Below the pieces are notes generated by a model that saw nothing but the letters and a program-made list of their open reading frames with translations, was not told the origin of the DNA and did not search any database. The position numbers were made by a program, and so were the translations under genes. Positions 50,292 through 60,073 of a DNA stretch of 64,000 nucleotides are shown here, one piece after another; within the stretch, counting starts at the first letter, position 1; every line of letters starts with the position of its first letter. Where the stretch lies: the NCBI GenBank assembly GCA_965203275.1, contig OZ241865.1:1056001-1120000 (forward strand), given 5' to 3'. Source of the stretch: Bdellovibrionales bacterium. Lineage in GTDB: Bacteria; Bdellovibrionota; Bdellovibrionia; Bdellovibrionales; JAUICD01.

Positions 50292-52562
50292 TTATCTATG
50301 TTGGCTAGTGATTTCATAAGATACAACAATATTTAAAGTAGCAAAAGTGCGAATATCAAAAGGATCATGATCTGCAAAAACGCTTTCATTGAGTTTTAAT
50401 TGAACGGCCTGATCATCAGATGAAATTTCCATCTCAAAGTCTTCTTGAGAAGCTAACTTTCCATTTAGCTCCACCTGAGCTGAAGTGATCAAAACTTCTT
50501 GTGTAGAAGGTTTATGATGTTGAGGATCACTTTGCAAAACCAATGGATGTCTCTGCACATTGTCTATTAAACGTCCTACTTCATATTCTATATAAATTTC
50601 AGAACCTCGATGGGGAGGTTGGTTAAAAACAATATAATTATCTTCTATAAAAAAATTATCCTCTAATTGACCATCAACAGTCACAAGATGAACTTGTATA
50701 GGTTGATTGCTTTCTAATAACCAATGTGATTGAAGCTCTGGCTTGCCACTAGACATATTTGAATCAATATCTTGCACCTCAATTTGTATATTTTTAAAAT
50801 AAGAGGTCAAAGAAATCTCTCTTTCATTTAAGTTTAGGAAAGGATTTAATGGAGATGACTCTTCTACAATATATTCTAACCTATAAAAAACATCGATTTG
50901 TTCTTTCACTTGATCAGTGATCTCTAAGATATTTGAACTGTTTAATGCTTTCAGATCAAACCATTGACCTGATGAAGCTTCTACAAGAGATGGATATTCA
51001 AAATAATTTTTAGAAAATCCATCATAATCATAAGTCAGAGCAAAAACTTGAATATTATTCTTTTCAAGTGCGTTTAGAACAGTAGGATAGTCTGGAGCTG
51101 TCAGAGCCTCTATCCCTCGATCAAATGGCTTAACCCAAAATAAAGCATCTGTGATTAAAATAACCATACGTTGACTATTAGGTTGCCAAGGAGCTTGCGT
51201 TGCGGTCAGTAGTCCTCCTAATGCATTTTCTTTATAACTGCCCCCTCCTCCTAAGTTTAAACCAGAAAGATCATCTAAAAAGCTTATAAAATTTTCATTC
51301 TCTGGTGTTAAAGGATGATCTTCAATAAATTTATTACATACTTTTTCGACTCTATCTCTAAAGGTGACAAGACAAAACTTTGCATCAATAGCATTTTCTT
51401 GCAGTATATCTACAAAATAAGCCATGTTTTCTTTAATTAAATGCATGTACCTTCGCATAGACCCCTGTGTATCAATAGCAAGTACCACTTCTAATGAAAG
51501 ATTTTTTTTCTCTGTATAAGACGACAAAGTATAATTTTGAATCTCTATTTGATTTTCTGTCACAGTTATATCTTCGTTTTGCAAATCTTTTATATTAAAA
51601 CCTCTCTCATTATATGCTTTAAACAAGACAGCTGTTGTATTTTGTATAGGCTGTTTAAATAAATGTTGACTCCATGTATAAGGAAACTGATCACGAAACT
51701 CATGTTGAGATTGCATTTGTATCAAAGGTGGGGGAGGTGGAGGTGGAGGCGGAGGCGGATGCAAAATAACTGGAGGTGGTATATCGGGTAAAGAAGGTGA
51801 AAGTATTCTAGGAGCTTGAGTTATATATTGAATGTTTTGACTTGCAGATAAAGGAGGCGGAGGTGGGATATTTTGACGACCTCCTATAATATTGGGAATA
51901 ACATCAGATGAAGGAATTAAAGAAAATAACAAAGGAGGGGGAGGTGGAGGCGGAACAACGGGAGGTGGTATATCAGGTAAAGAAGGTGAAAGTATTCTAG
52001 GAGCTTGAGTTATATATTGAACGTTTTGACTTGCAAATAAAGGAGGCGGAGGTGGGATATTTTGACGACCTCCTACAATATTGGGAATAACATCAGATGA
52101 GGGGATTGCAGAAAATAACAAAGGAGAGGGAGGTGGAGGTGGAGTCAGAACAACGGGAGGTGGTATATCGGGTAAAGAAGGTGAAAGTATTCTAGGAGCT
52201 TGAGTTATATATTGAATGTTTTGACTTGCAGATAAAGGAGGCGGAGGTGGGATATTTTGACGACCTCCTATAATATTGGGAATAACCTCTGATGAAGGAA
52301 TTAAAGAAAATAACAAAGGAGGTGGATGGATAGTGTGTTCTCCTCTAACTATATTATTTAATATTTGAGATGATTTTATGTTAAAAGGTTCTAAAGTGAT
52401 TGGATGTGGCTTCATCTCTTGAGATATAACAGGATAAGGTTGAGGTGGTGACATAGGTCGTGGTATCATTTCACTTTTTAAAGAAAAAGACACATTCTTG
52501 CCACATCCACAGCATAAGAAAAGAATACATAATAAAATGAGATTTTGCTTTTGTATATCCAT
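50292..52562 (-). CDS. vWA-domain putative lipoprotein with Pro-rich repeats
   Basis: Signal with Cys; three ~63-65-aa Pro-rich repeats; vWA motifs IDTQGSM, LVTFRD, ILITDA. Confidence 0.85.
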   Translation of the reverse strand: MDIQKQNLILLCILFLCCGCGKNVSFSLKSEMIPRPMSPPQPYPVISQEMKPHPITLEPFNIKSSQILNNIVRGEHTIHPPPLLFSLIPSSEVIPNIIGGRQNIPPPPPLSASQNIQYITQAPRILSPSLPDIPPPVVLTPPPPPSPLLFSAIPSSDVIPNIVGGRQNIPPPPPLFASQNVQYITQAPRILSPSLPDIPPPVVPPPPPPPLLFSLIPSSDVIPNIIGGRQNIPPPPPLSASQNIQYITQAPRILSPSLPDIPPPVILHPPPPPPPPPPPLIQMQSQHEFRDQFPYTWSQHLFKQPIQNTTAVLFKAYNERGFNIKDLQNEDITVTENQIEIQNYTLSSYTEKKNLSLEVVLAIDTQGSMRRYMHLIKENMAYFVDILQENAIDAKFCLVTFRDRVEKVCNKFIEDHPLTPENENFISFLDDLSGLNLGGGGSYKENALGGLLTATQAPWQPNSQRMVILITDALFWVKPFDRGIEALTAPDYPTVLNALEKNNIQVFALTYDYDGFSKNYFEYPSLVEASSGQWFDLKALNSSNILEITDQVKEQIDVFYRLEYIVEESSPLNPFLNLNEREISLTSYFKNIQIEVQDIDSNMSSGKPELQSHWLLESNQPIQVHLVTVDGQLEDNFFIEDNYIVFNQPPHRGSEIYIEYEVGRLIDNVQRHPLVLQSDPQHHKPSTQEVLITSAQVELNGKLASQEDFEMEISSDDQAVQLKLNESVFADHDPFDIRTFATLNIVVSYEITSQHR

Positions 52563-52642
52563 AATAGCCTAGTATGTTCTTGTGTTCTTTATTACATTAT
52601 TAATAAAAAGAACCTTAAAAGCTATTCTACAAAAGTCTCAAT

Positions 52643-53677
52643 TTTCACTAAAAGTAAACTGACCTCTGGTCACTTTTGGGCATTGGCTCACTAAAAGTGG
52701 TCTAGCCTCTGTTTCACTCAAAATGAGCCACATCTCTGGTGTGTTTTTGGGCATTGCTCTGACAGCTTACGCTGTCTAAAAAGAGCAATGTCTCAAAAGT
52801 CCGTTTACTTTTAGTAGGAAGGATCTCATCGTCTCTTAACCACATGTTAAGGGTTTGTTTCACTCAAAATGCATCATGCCTCTGTTTCCCTAAAATTGAA
52901 CTAGCCTCTGGCTACTTTTGGGCAGTTAGCCCGACGACTGTCGTCGTCGATCAAAGGCTAACTCCCTCAAAAGCTTGTTCAATTTTAGGAAGAAGGATCT
53001 CCTCGTCTCTTGACCACATGTTAAGGAAAATATCCTTTTAATACCAGTTAGCCCAACGGCTTATCGCCGTTGATCAAAGGCTAACTGCCTAGAAAATCCA
53101 TTTATTTTGAGTAGGGAAGGATCTTCTCGTCTCTTAACCACATGTTAAGGAAAAAGTTCTTTTTTTTTGTTTTTTTATTTTTTTAGATTCTGCGTAAAAC
53201 CTCAAACAAAAAGTAATTAGGTGGAGGATGGGGCAGTGGGAGACTGAAGATCTTCCGCAAATTGAGCTTGCTCTTTAAAAGCAAGCTCAATTGAGGACTT
53301 CGGAAGGCTCTCACTGCCCTATCCTCAAATAAAAATAAAATGGAAAAGCAGAATCGAAGGGCGGTGGGTGGGGTTAGGGATAATCCTTTTGTTGCCGGGG
53401 TCCCGGAGGGAGAATATCCGTATTTCACTATCAATGTGTATTATATTGATACAGAATCTTAGAAAAATTATATATTTTTTACTTTTTTCATTAAATTGTC
53501 GATAAGTCGTTTATAATGACTTTAAGGAGTTGGTTCACTAAAAGTAAACTAGCCTCTGGCTACTTTTGGACATTGCTCTGACAGCTATCGCTGTCCAAAA
53601 AGAGCAATGTCTCAAAAGTCCGTTTACTTTTAGTAGAAAGGATATCCTCATTTTTTAACACGATGTTAAGGAAAAAA
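52643..53677. repeat. Structured repeat cluster 9: module A copies and fragments plus module B
   Basis: A copies at ~52711, 52884, 53532; partial ~53045; module B ~53161-53400, inverted relative to the 37.6-kb copy. Confidence 0.92.
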
Positions 53678-53784
53678 ATGTATATATACAAAAAAATTAT
53701 TTATTTAGTTTGGTTTTATTTTTCATTTGTACAAATATTTGCACAAACACTTCTGCAAAAAAATTGCATAACGCAATTAGCCTA

Positions 53785-53801
53785 CCCCCCCCCCCCCCCC
53801 C
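53785..53801 (+). repeat. C17 homopolymer, candidate phase-variation tract
   Basis: 17 consecutive C in an AT-rich context, within the inferred prepilin leader. Confidence 0.85.
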
Positions 53802-53879
53802 TTAAGTCCAGGTTTTGATTATCTTAAAAAAAATCATTTTAAAAAGTGCAACCAGCCACAGCCAGAGTCACAGCTAGGG

Positions 53880-56800
53880 ATGGGCTTAGTAGAGATGTTG
53901 ATTGTGATGACCATGCTTGCCTTAATCAGTGTAGGTACAGCATATTACTTCACACAGAGCCAAACAGTGATGCGTTCATCTGCACAAGATTCAGATTGTC
54001 AAAGCATTGCTCAGTCAGCTTTAGATAGAGTTGTGTCGTTGGGAACTCGTCTTTACGGATATAGAGTAGGTCATACTGACTCTGATCTTAGATATAACCC
54101 TCTTTTTATCAAAAAAGGAACTCAAATAACAGGTAGTACTCCAGCGGCTTATCGGATTACAGATACAAGCTCTGGTAATAATTTAAGCCTTACAGATAAA
54201 TATAAGAATTTATACGAAGAATTAACAAATAACACCCCTCCTGCCCTGCTTGTGAATACAGGAGTTCCTTTAGTAAATCTTTCTGGTAGTGGCTTTATTA
54301 ATATAGGTACATCTGTGTTACTAGTTAATTCTGTAAATTTTTTGCAGTATATGTATAATTCTGACCCTGAATTTTTTAATGGTAATAGTGGCAAAGGTAA
54401 AGACTTTACTATTACAAGTAGTACCTCAACAAGTAATAATAAAGTGATAGCTTCTTTATGGAAGGACTATCTTAAAAAGTACAATCTTCAAAATGTGAAA
54501 TTCTACATCAGGATTAACCCTGTTGATCTGAAAAATCAAAAGGTGATAGAGAGTTATTCAGGTATTAAATGTTACTATACAAGATATAAGGGTTCAAAGT
54601 TTGTCTCAACAGAGATTCCTTGTCCGCGTCCATCTAGTCACCCATCACATAAATTAGTGTTGACTCATCCTAGGCTTTCTGTTGGGACTTCAACTTTAAG
54701 TAGTTCATCAAATTTACGCACCATAGGTAATCCTGATTTAGGATTTCAGGTGACAGTTAAGTTAAGTTATGAAAAGAATAATCAGGATTATTCTTGTAAG
54801 AGCATGCAACGATTTGCTCACCAAACTCGTTTATTGATGGAACAGACAACTCCAATTAATGTTTCAGTGACTTCCCTTAAGAATGGCCATAACAAAAACT
54901 TACTACCTAATGGTGGTCGTAAGCAGACTTCATGTGACACAGATGGTTCAAATTATAGAAACATCACCATGGAGTTAAATTTTGATAATACAGCCGGCAG
55001 AACAACTAAGGAGTTTGGAACATTATTTTTATGTCGTGGAGTACGTTGGAGGTATCCTGATAGAGATTGTAATACAAATAAAATAGAAAAAATATATGGA
55101 CCTTGGCGGAGATGCCATCAAGTGAAATTTCCAGATCAAAGAGGTAATACAGAGTCTGTTTTGTTAAATAGCAGTGGCCATAATATAAAGCTACGATTAA
55201 AATTTAATAACTTAAAGGAAGATAGAAGCTATGCTTTAGAGATTGCAGAAGTATCGCAATTAGGTATTTCTAAACCACCTTATCAGCGTATAACAAACAG
55301 TCGCTTTTATATAGATGCTACAAGACCTACATTAATTGCAAGTATAAATGACAGCGACGTAGGTTCACCAGACGATTTTGTAACGGCTCTTATTGATGCA
55401 AATTGGATAGATCATTTACCTAAGGTTCGATTTAAACATGGTAAGAATCATAAAAAAGGACCTGGTTTGCAGTGCAATTCAAATCCTGTCAGCTTTCATG
55501 GTTGCATCATCGATAAGTTTACTCATAATTTAGGAGACTGCACCGCAACAGGCCGTCGGAGAGATGGTAATGGCACCCAATCTATACCTGCTAGTTCGAT
55601 CAGTATAAGCACAAACTCACTTAGTTGTAGTGGCACATTAAGTTCGGTTCAACATGGTCGACAAAAATTGATGATCACTCCTAGTGATATTTGTGGCAGT
55701 GGTTCTAGTGATCAACTTGAATGGGATACAGACCTTCCAAGTACATTTGTAGCCAGACCTTTTTCTACAAACCCTTATTGGCTTCAAAATAAAAAGAAGA
55801 CAAAATATATAATTCAAACACTTGTACCAGCTTCAGGGGCGGGTACATTCCCGAAGCATTATGCAGTGACATGTTATGGAAAGGAATATTCAACCGCTAC
55901 AAGAACAGCTAGCAATGGAGGGAGCATTTCCTGTGAATTTAATGGCAGTAGAAATAGTGGATCTGGCGATCATGATGGGTGCAATTCTGCAAATTTCGGT
56001 GTGAAGTATCATCATATTTGTGGTGATTCTTCTAGTACGCAAGCAACACAATGGGGGGTGTGGGTGGCACATCCAGATCACGGTGGTGGAAGTTGTGAAA
56101 ATGTACCTTGTGAACCTAGATCTGATAGATATTCTAAAGATTTGATATGTTGCGATGGCTTTCGTAATGAGTGTGGTAATGCAGGGAGTACACCACATCG
56201 ATGTGCTAAGGATAATCATCCTCGTAGGAACGACTGTGGTAACCCTACAGGAGGAGGTAATAGTGAACAAGATACAACTTCTGATTGTCCACCATTGGGT
56301 CTCTATGACTGTAATTATACTTTGCCCTGTGAAGGAGATGCAGGAGAGCTGAAAAATAGAAGAGATAATGGTGATGCTTGTAAGAATAAGAGGCCGAGGC
56401 TTCGTAGAGGCGATAGATGTACTTTTAATAGACCTGGTCAGTGTAAAAATCGTTTTACAGACCAGGGATATAATGGATACTCTGAAATTGAAATTGAGAG
56501 TACACCCGGTGAATGTCACCTTAATGATAATTCAAAAGTATCGTGTACTGTTGAGGCACTGTGTAAGAAGAAATATAAATATGAAAATAGAAGTAACGCA
56601 CGTAAATGCAATGTGGTTAATGGGTCTGTCCCACCTGTAAAAGCAGATTGTAATATTCCTCATGACATAAATAGCGATTATGATATAGACGGTGAATGGA
56701 GTAGTGGAGAACTTGATGGTGATGGAAAGGGGAAGTGTGCTACTCCTCCAAATCAACCATGTGATTTGAAAGTTACAGAAGTAACAAATACAAATGACTG

Positions 56801-57818
56801 TAGAGCCAAGAATACGTCCTGTCCTTTGACATTCATAGGGACTTGTCAAGAACCGCAAGGCGATTGCGATCCAAAAGGTCGTGGTGGTGGTGGTTCAGGA
56901 GAGTCATGTACCGTACGACCACCGACAACTGGACCTCCTCCTACTACTATAACACGACGTTCCCCCGATCAATCATTTGGAGCATGTGCAAGAGGGACAT
57001 GCACCCCTCCCTTTTGTGCAGAAAACTGTGCATCAGTAGGCAGATGTCATGTCAAAGATGTAAATGGTACATGTCGTCCTTCTTGTGGACATGCAGCTCG
57101 ATTGATATTTAATAAAAGTGGCTTTGGACCTGATAGAAAACGTAATACTTCTGATGATCTGCATGTCTATCGTCGGTCAGCTACATCTTGTAGTGGAGTT
57201 TCTGTCACTTATTCTGATGGTGTTACAGTCAATAATTGGGTACAAAAGGCTTTTCATCAGGGTGTCACCCCATACGAAGTTGTACAGGGTGGTGGTGTTT
57301 GCTGTATGCGAGGATCTACCCCACCATCTACCCCTCCTACACCTGTATCCACACCTTCGGCATGTGAATTCGGAGATTTTGCTACTTGTAAAGCTGGAAT
57401 CCCAGTAGGAGCAAGAGCAGGAACAACGTGTCGTCCGCTAAGCGATGGATGCTATGACAGAATCTGCAAAGATGGATATAAAGAAGACGCCAACGGCAAC
57501 TGCATTCGGGATCCTATACCCCCTACCTGTTCTGGCAATCAATATGCCACTAAAGAGCTTTGCGAAAACGTCCGTGCAAACGACTTTTGTGTTCAAAATA
57601 GCAATAGTTGCTGGGTCCAAGGCCCTCCTATCCCCGGACAATGTGATTATAACTATGGTACCTGTGGTGCTTGTTTCATTGGAGAAGAAAAAAGGGAGGA
57701 CTATCCAGCATGTATAGAGTCAGGTGAAAGCACGTTTAGCTGTTTCTGGCAATGTGATGGAGAGAATGGAGGATCAGCTACTTCATGTGAGATAAGTCAG
57801 TTAACCTCATGCGACTAA
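53880..57818 (+). CDS. Large type IV pilin-like Cys-rich protein (putative adhesin); leader out of frame
   Basis: In-frame G codon then MGLVE plus hydrophobic helix matches the prepilin G|xxxxE motif; Cys-rich C-terminal half; next to pilMNOP. Confidence 0.8.
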   Translation: MGLVEMLIVMTMLALISVGTAYYFTQSQTVMRSSAQDSDCQSIAQSALDRVVSLGTRLYGYRVGHTDSDLRYNPLFIKKGTQITGSTPAAYRITDTSSGNNLSLTDKYKNLYEELTNNTPPALLVNTGVPLVNLSGSGFINIGTSVLLVNSVNFLQYMYNSDPEFFNGNSGKGKDFTITSSTSTSNNKVIASLWKDYLKKYNLQNVKFYIRINPVDLKNQKVIESYSGIKCYYTRYKGSKFVSTEIPCPRPSSHPSHKLVLTHPRLSVGTSTLSSSSNLRTIGNPDLGFQVTVKLSYEKNNQDYSCKSMQRFAHQTRLLMEQTTPINVSVTSLKNGHNKNLLPNGGRKQTSCDTDGSNYRNITMELNFDNTAGRTTKEFGTLFLCRGVRWRYPDRDCNTNKIEKIYGPWRRCHQVKFPDQRGNTESVLLNSSGHNIKLRLKFNNLKEDRSYALEIAEVSQLGISKPPYQRITNSRFYIDATRPTLIASINDSDVGSPDDFVTALIDANWIDHLPKVRFKHGKNHKKGPGLQCNSNPVSFHGCIIDKFTHNLGDCTATGRRRDGNGTQSIPASSISISTNSLSCSGTLSSVQHGRQKLMITPSDICGSGSSDQLEWDTDLPSTFVARPFSTNPYWLQNKKKTKYIIQTLVPASGAGTFPKHYAVTCYGKEYSTATRTASNGGSISCEFNGSRNSGSGDHDGCNSANFGVKYHHICGDSSSTQATQWGVWVAHPDHGGGSCENVPCEPRSDRYSKDLICCDGFRNECGNAGSTPHRCAKDNHPRRNDCGNPTGGGNSEQDTTSDCPPLGLYDCNYTLPCEGDAGELKNRRDNGDACKNKRPRLRRGDRCTFNRPGQCKNRFTDQGYNGYSEIEIESTPGECHLNDNSKVSCTVEALCKKKYKYENRSNARKCNVVNGSVPPVKADCNIPHDINSDYDIDGEWSSGELDGDGKGKCATPPNQPCDLKVTEVTNTNDCRAKNTSCPLTFIGTCQEPQGDCDPKGRGGGGSGESCTVRPPTTGPPPTTITRRSPDQSFGACARGTCTPPFCAENCASVGRCHVKDVNGTCRPSCGHAARLIFNKSGFGPDRKRNTSDDLHVYRRSATSCSGVSVTYSDGVTVNNWVQKAFHQGVTPYEVVQGGGVCCMRGSTPPSTPPTPVSTPSACEFGDFATCKAGIPVGARAGTTCRPLSDGCYDRICKDGYKEDANGNCIRDPIPPTCSGNQYATKELCENVRANDFCVQNSNSCWVQGPPIPGQCDYNYGTCGACFIGEEKREDYPACIESGESTFSCFWQCDGENGGSATSCEISQLTSCD

Positions 57819-57897
57819 TGCACTTTGAACCCCCATAGTTTTAATTCTCATCTGCAAAGACTTAACAAAACTTTAACTTTGATACACTCAACATATT

Positions 57898-58410
57898 TTA
57901 TTTTTTATTTTCTTGAAGAGTTAGCTTTTTTATATCATATAAAACCTTAGTGCCTTGTTTTTTTGGCTCTGCTATAATAATTTCCCCTTGGCGAATATCG
58001 GCAAGGTGTCCCTTATTAAGCCCTATGCGATCATTTTTTTTAATAATATGAGATTTATTATTAGGATCCATAACCAATGCTCTTGGTTCTTTTGTATCCC
58101 ATATAATACCAATAAGCTTAAATTTATTTATATCAAATTGTTCTAAGGGAAGATAGGGTCCAAGGGTGGTTTGATTGATTTCTTTATGAATACGAAGAGG
58201 GATAAAGGGATCACGCAAACCTGTTGGATCATATTTATAAGATTGAATGATTTCTTCTTGTACTTTTTTTGCTTTTTTATCTTCTCCTTCATTCACAGGA
58301 GAACCCTCAGGTGAGGGTTCTGTTTGTGCTTGCAAAGGTGTTACTTTAAAGCCATTGTAAATATCGTTACATAATAAAAAAAATAAAAACACAATCAATA
58401 TATATCTCAT
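57898..58410 (-). CDS. pilP: Type IV pilus assembly protein PilP
   Basis: YDPTGLRDPF, PLEQFDI..KLIGIIW, IGLNKG. Confidence 0.9.
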   Translation of the reverse strand: MRYILIVFLFFLLCNDIYNGFKVTPLQAQTEPSPEGSPVNEGEDKKAKKVQEEIIQSYKYDPTGLRDPFIPLRIHKEINQTTLGPYLPLEQFDINKFKLIGIIWDTKEPRALVMDPNNKSHIIKKNDRIGLNKGHLADIRQGEIIIAEPKKQGTKVLYDIKKLTLQENKK

Positions 58411-59087
58411 TGTTCCTCCTGAGGTGAGCTTGTTGTAGGTGCCTTATTGTTGTTGTTTGCTTCTGCCTTTTTCATCATTTCTTGTTTTTCATTTTCCATA
58501 ACCTGAGCATATAAAGTAATATTTCCATCTAAAGTAAGATTGGCTTTTTGTTCAGCTGTTTCATTAGGGTTGTGAATGCGGATTCTATCTATAGAAATCA
58601 ACTGTTGCACCTCTGTAAGGTGTGACATAAATAAAAGAAGCTGTGTATAACTTCCTTCAATTTTAATAGTTAAAGGTACAAGTTTATAAGTATCTACAAG
58701 CTCACCTAATAGATCAGTAGCAAATGTTTCTTCTTGTGATTCATGTCCATTGACTTTAACCCCTATGGCTTGAATGGAAGGCTCATTGATAAGTTTATCA
58801 AAGAATGTAGTCGAATTGTCTATGTAGTTCATATATTCAAAAAAAATATCGGCAGTTTTTTTGGTTGTTTCATATTCGTTTTTAAAATCAGAAAATCTCT
58901 CTATCAAAGTTTTAATATCCTCATATTCTTTTTGTTTTTCCTCAATATTGACTTTTGTTAAACTAATATTTTGTGTGACTGTATCTAAATAAGTGTCATT
59001 TTGTATAATGAAAATCCAATAAAGACCTAATACAAGCAAAGAAATCAAAAAAATATGAAACAAAGATAATTGGTTTAGTTTTTTCAT
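58407..59087 (-). CDS. pilO: Type IV pilus assembly protein PilO
   Basis: TM plus coiled coil, VPLTIKIEGSYTQLLLF; operon position. Confidence 0.85.
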   Translation of the reverse strand: MKKLNQLSLFHIFLISLLVLGLYWIFIIQNDTYLDTVTQNISLTKVNIEEKQKEYEDIKTLIERFSDFKNEYETTKKTADIFFEYMNYIDNSTTFFDKLINEPSIQAIGVKVNGHESQEETFATDLLGELVDTYKLVPLTIKIEGSYTQLLLFMSHLTEVQQLISIDRIRIHNPNETAEQKANLTLDGNITLYAQVMENEKQEMMKKAEANNNNKAPTTSSPQEEQ

Positions 59088-60073
59088 TGTGGCAATTCCT
59101 GATTTTTGTTTTCTGAGATATTCTCTTCTGGTTTTGAGTTGTTTGGCTCTGATGTGGTTTTTGTTTCACCAATTGGGACTTCTTCTATCTCCTCTGTTTG
59201 ATTGGCTGACACAGCTTTGTTCTGGTTATTTGGAGTAGATGTATCTTGAGCTGTAGGAGGTTCGGCCTCATTTTGACTAGGCTGATCGGGCTGGCCAGGT
59301 TGATCGGGCTGACTAGGTTGAACAGGTTGATTGGGCTGATCGGGCTGGCCAGGTTGATCGGGCTGACTAGGTTGAAATGGAGATTTATTGATAGAAGTTG
59401 GTGTCATATTGGATTTTATTTCACCTGCTACAACTTGATCTGTAGGCATTGTGATTTCTGAATCAGTGGTAGGTTGCAGTACTGAAGTTATTTGAAACTT
59501 TCTATATGGATCAGAATAACTTGATTGACTGCTTAAATCTAAAACTTGAATATCTTTAAAGTATCGAGATTGTTTTTTTAAATTACTTTCAAATATATTA
59601 ATTTCATTAGGTATAGATTCACCAGTAAAAGTCACCTCTCCATTTTTGCTGTCAATAGAAACCTCTGTCAACCAAGCATTATCCGGCACAACAAAATGCA
59701 AAGTATTTAAAGCTTCCAATGTTTTTATACGTTGACTTGTCACTTGAGAGAGGCTAGCAATTAAGTTATCAAGTTTAAGCTTCTCTTTTTTTAAGTTATT
59801 GATTTCATCTCGGCTTTGCTTTTGTGTTTCTAGTTTATTCATAACTTCTTGTTCTTGAGATTTTAGTTCATTGAGTATGGCTTCTTGGGATTGTTTCTCT
59901 ATAACTGTCCATCCAAAGATAGCTAAAGAAGGCATTAAAATAAAGCTCATTTTTAATATAATTTTTGTAAGTTCTTTTATATCTACAGGTGAAGATACTT
60001 CTTGAATACCTTGAAATGACTGAATATCTGTATCAGCAGTTTTAATATCATTAAGTAAATTTACAAATATCAT
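59084..60073 (-). CDS. pilN: Type IV pilus assembly protein PilN with Q/P-rich extension
   Basis: IFVNLL N-terminus, TM, VPDNAWLT; operon position. Confidence 0.85.
   Translation of the reverse strand: MIFVNLLNDIKTADTDIQSFQGIQEVSSPVDIKELTKIILKMSFILMPSLAIFGWTVIEKQSQEAILNELKSQEQEVMNKLETQKQSRDEINNLKKEKLKLDNLIASLSQVTSQRIKTLEALNTLHFVVPDNAWLTEVSIDSKNGEVTFTGESIPNEINIFESNLKKQSRYFKDIQVLDLSSQSSYSDPYRKFQITSVLQPTTDSEITMPTDQVVAGEIKSNMTPTSINKSPFQPSQPDQPGQPDQPNQPVQPSQPDQPGQPDQPSQNEAEPPTAQDTSTPNNQNKAVSANQTEEIEEVPIGETKTTSEPNNSKPEENISENKNQELPQ

Noticed and set aside
9852..53434. Short ORFs inside repeat clusters (9852, 37820, 37970, 38544, 46403, 47218, 47544, 52844, 53183)
   Set aside because: They are translations of the non-coding modules; several begin at the ATGTTAAGG site (MLRK) and have no recognisable protein features
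54149..57717. Small overlapping ORFs within the pilin-like gene, and similar ones at 40141-41963
   Set aside because: Alternative-frame or antisense by-products of long Cys-rich genes
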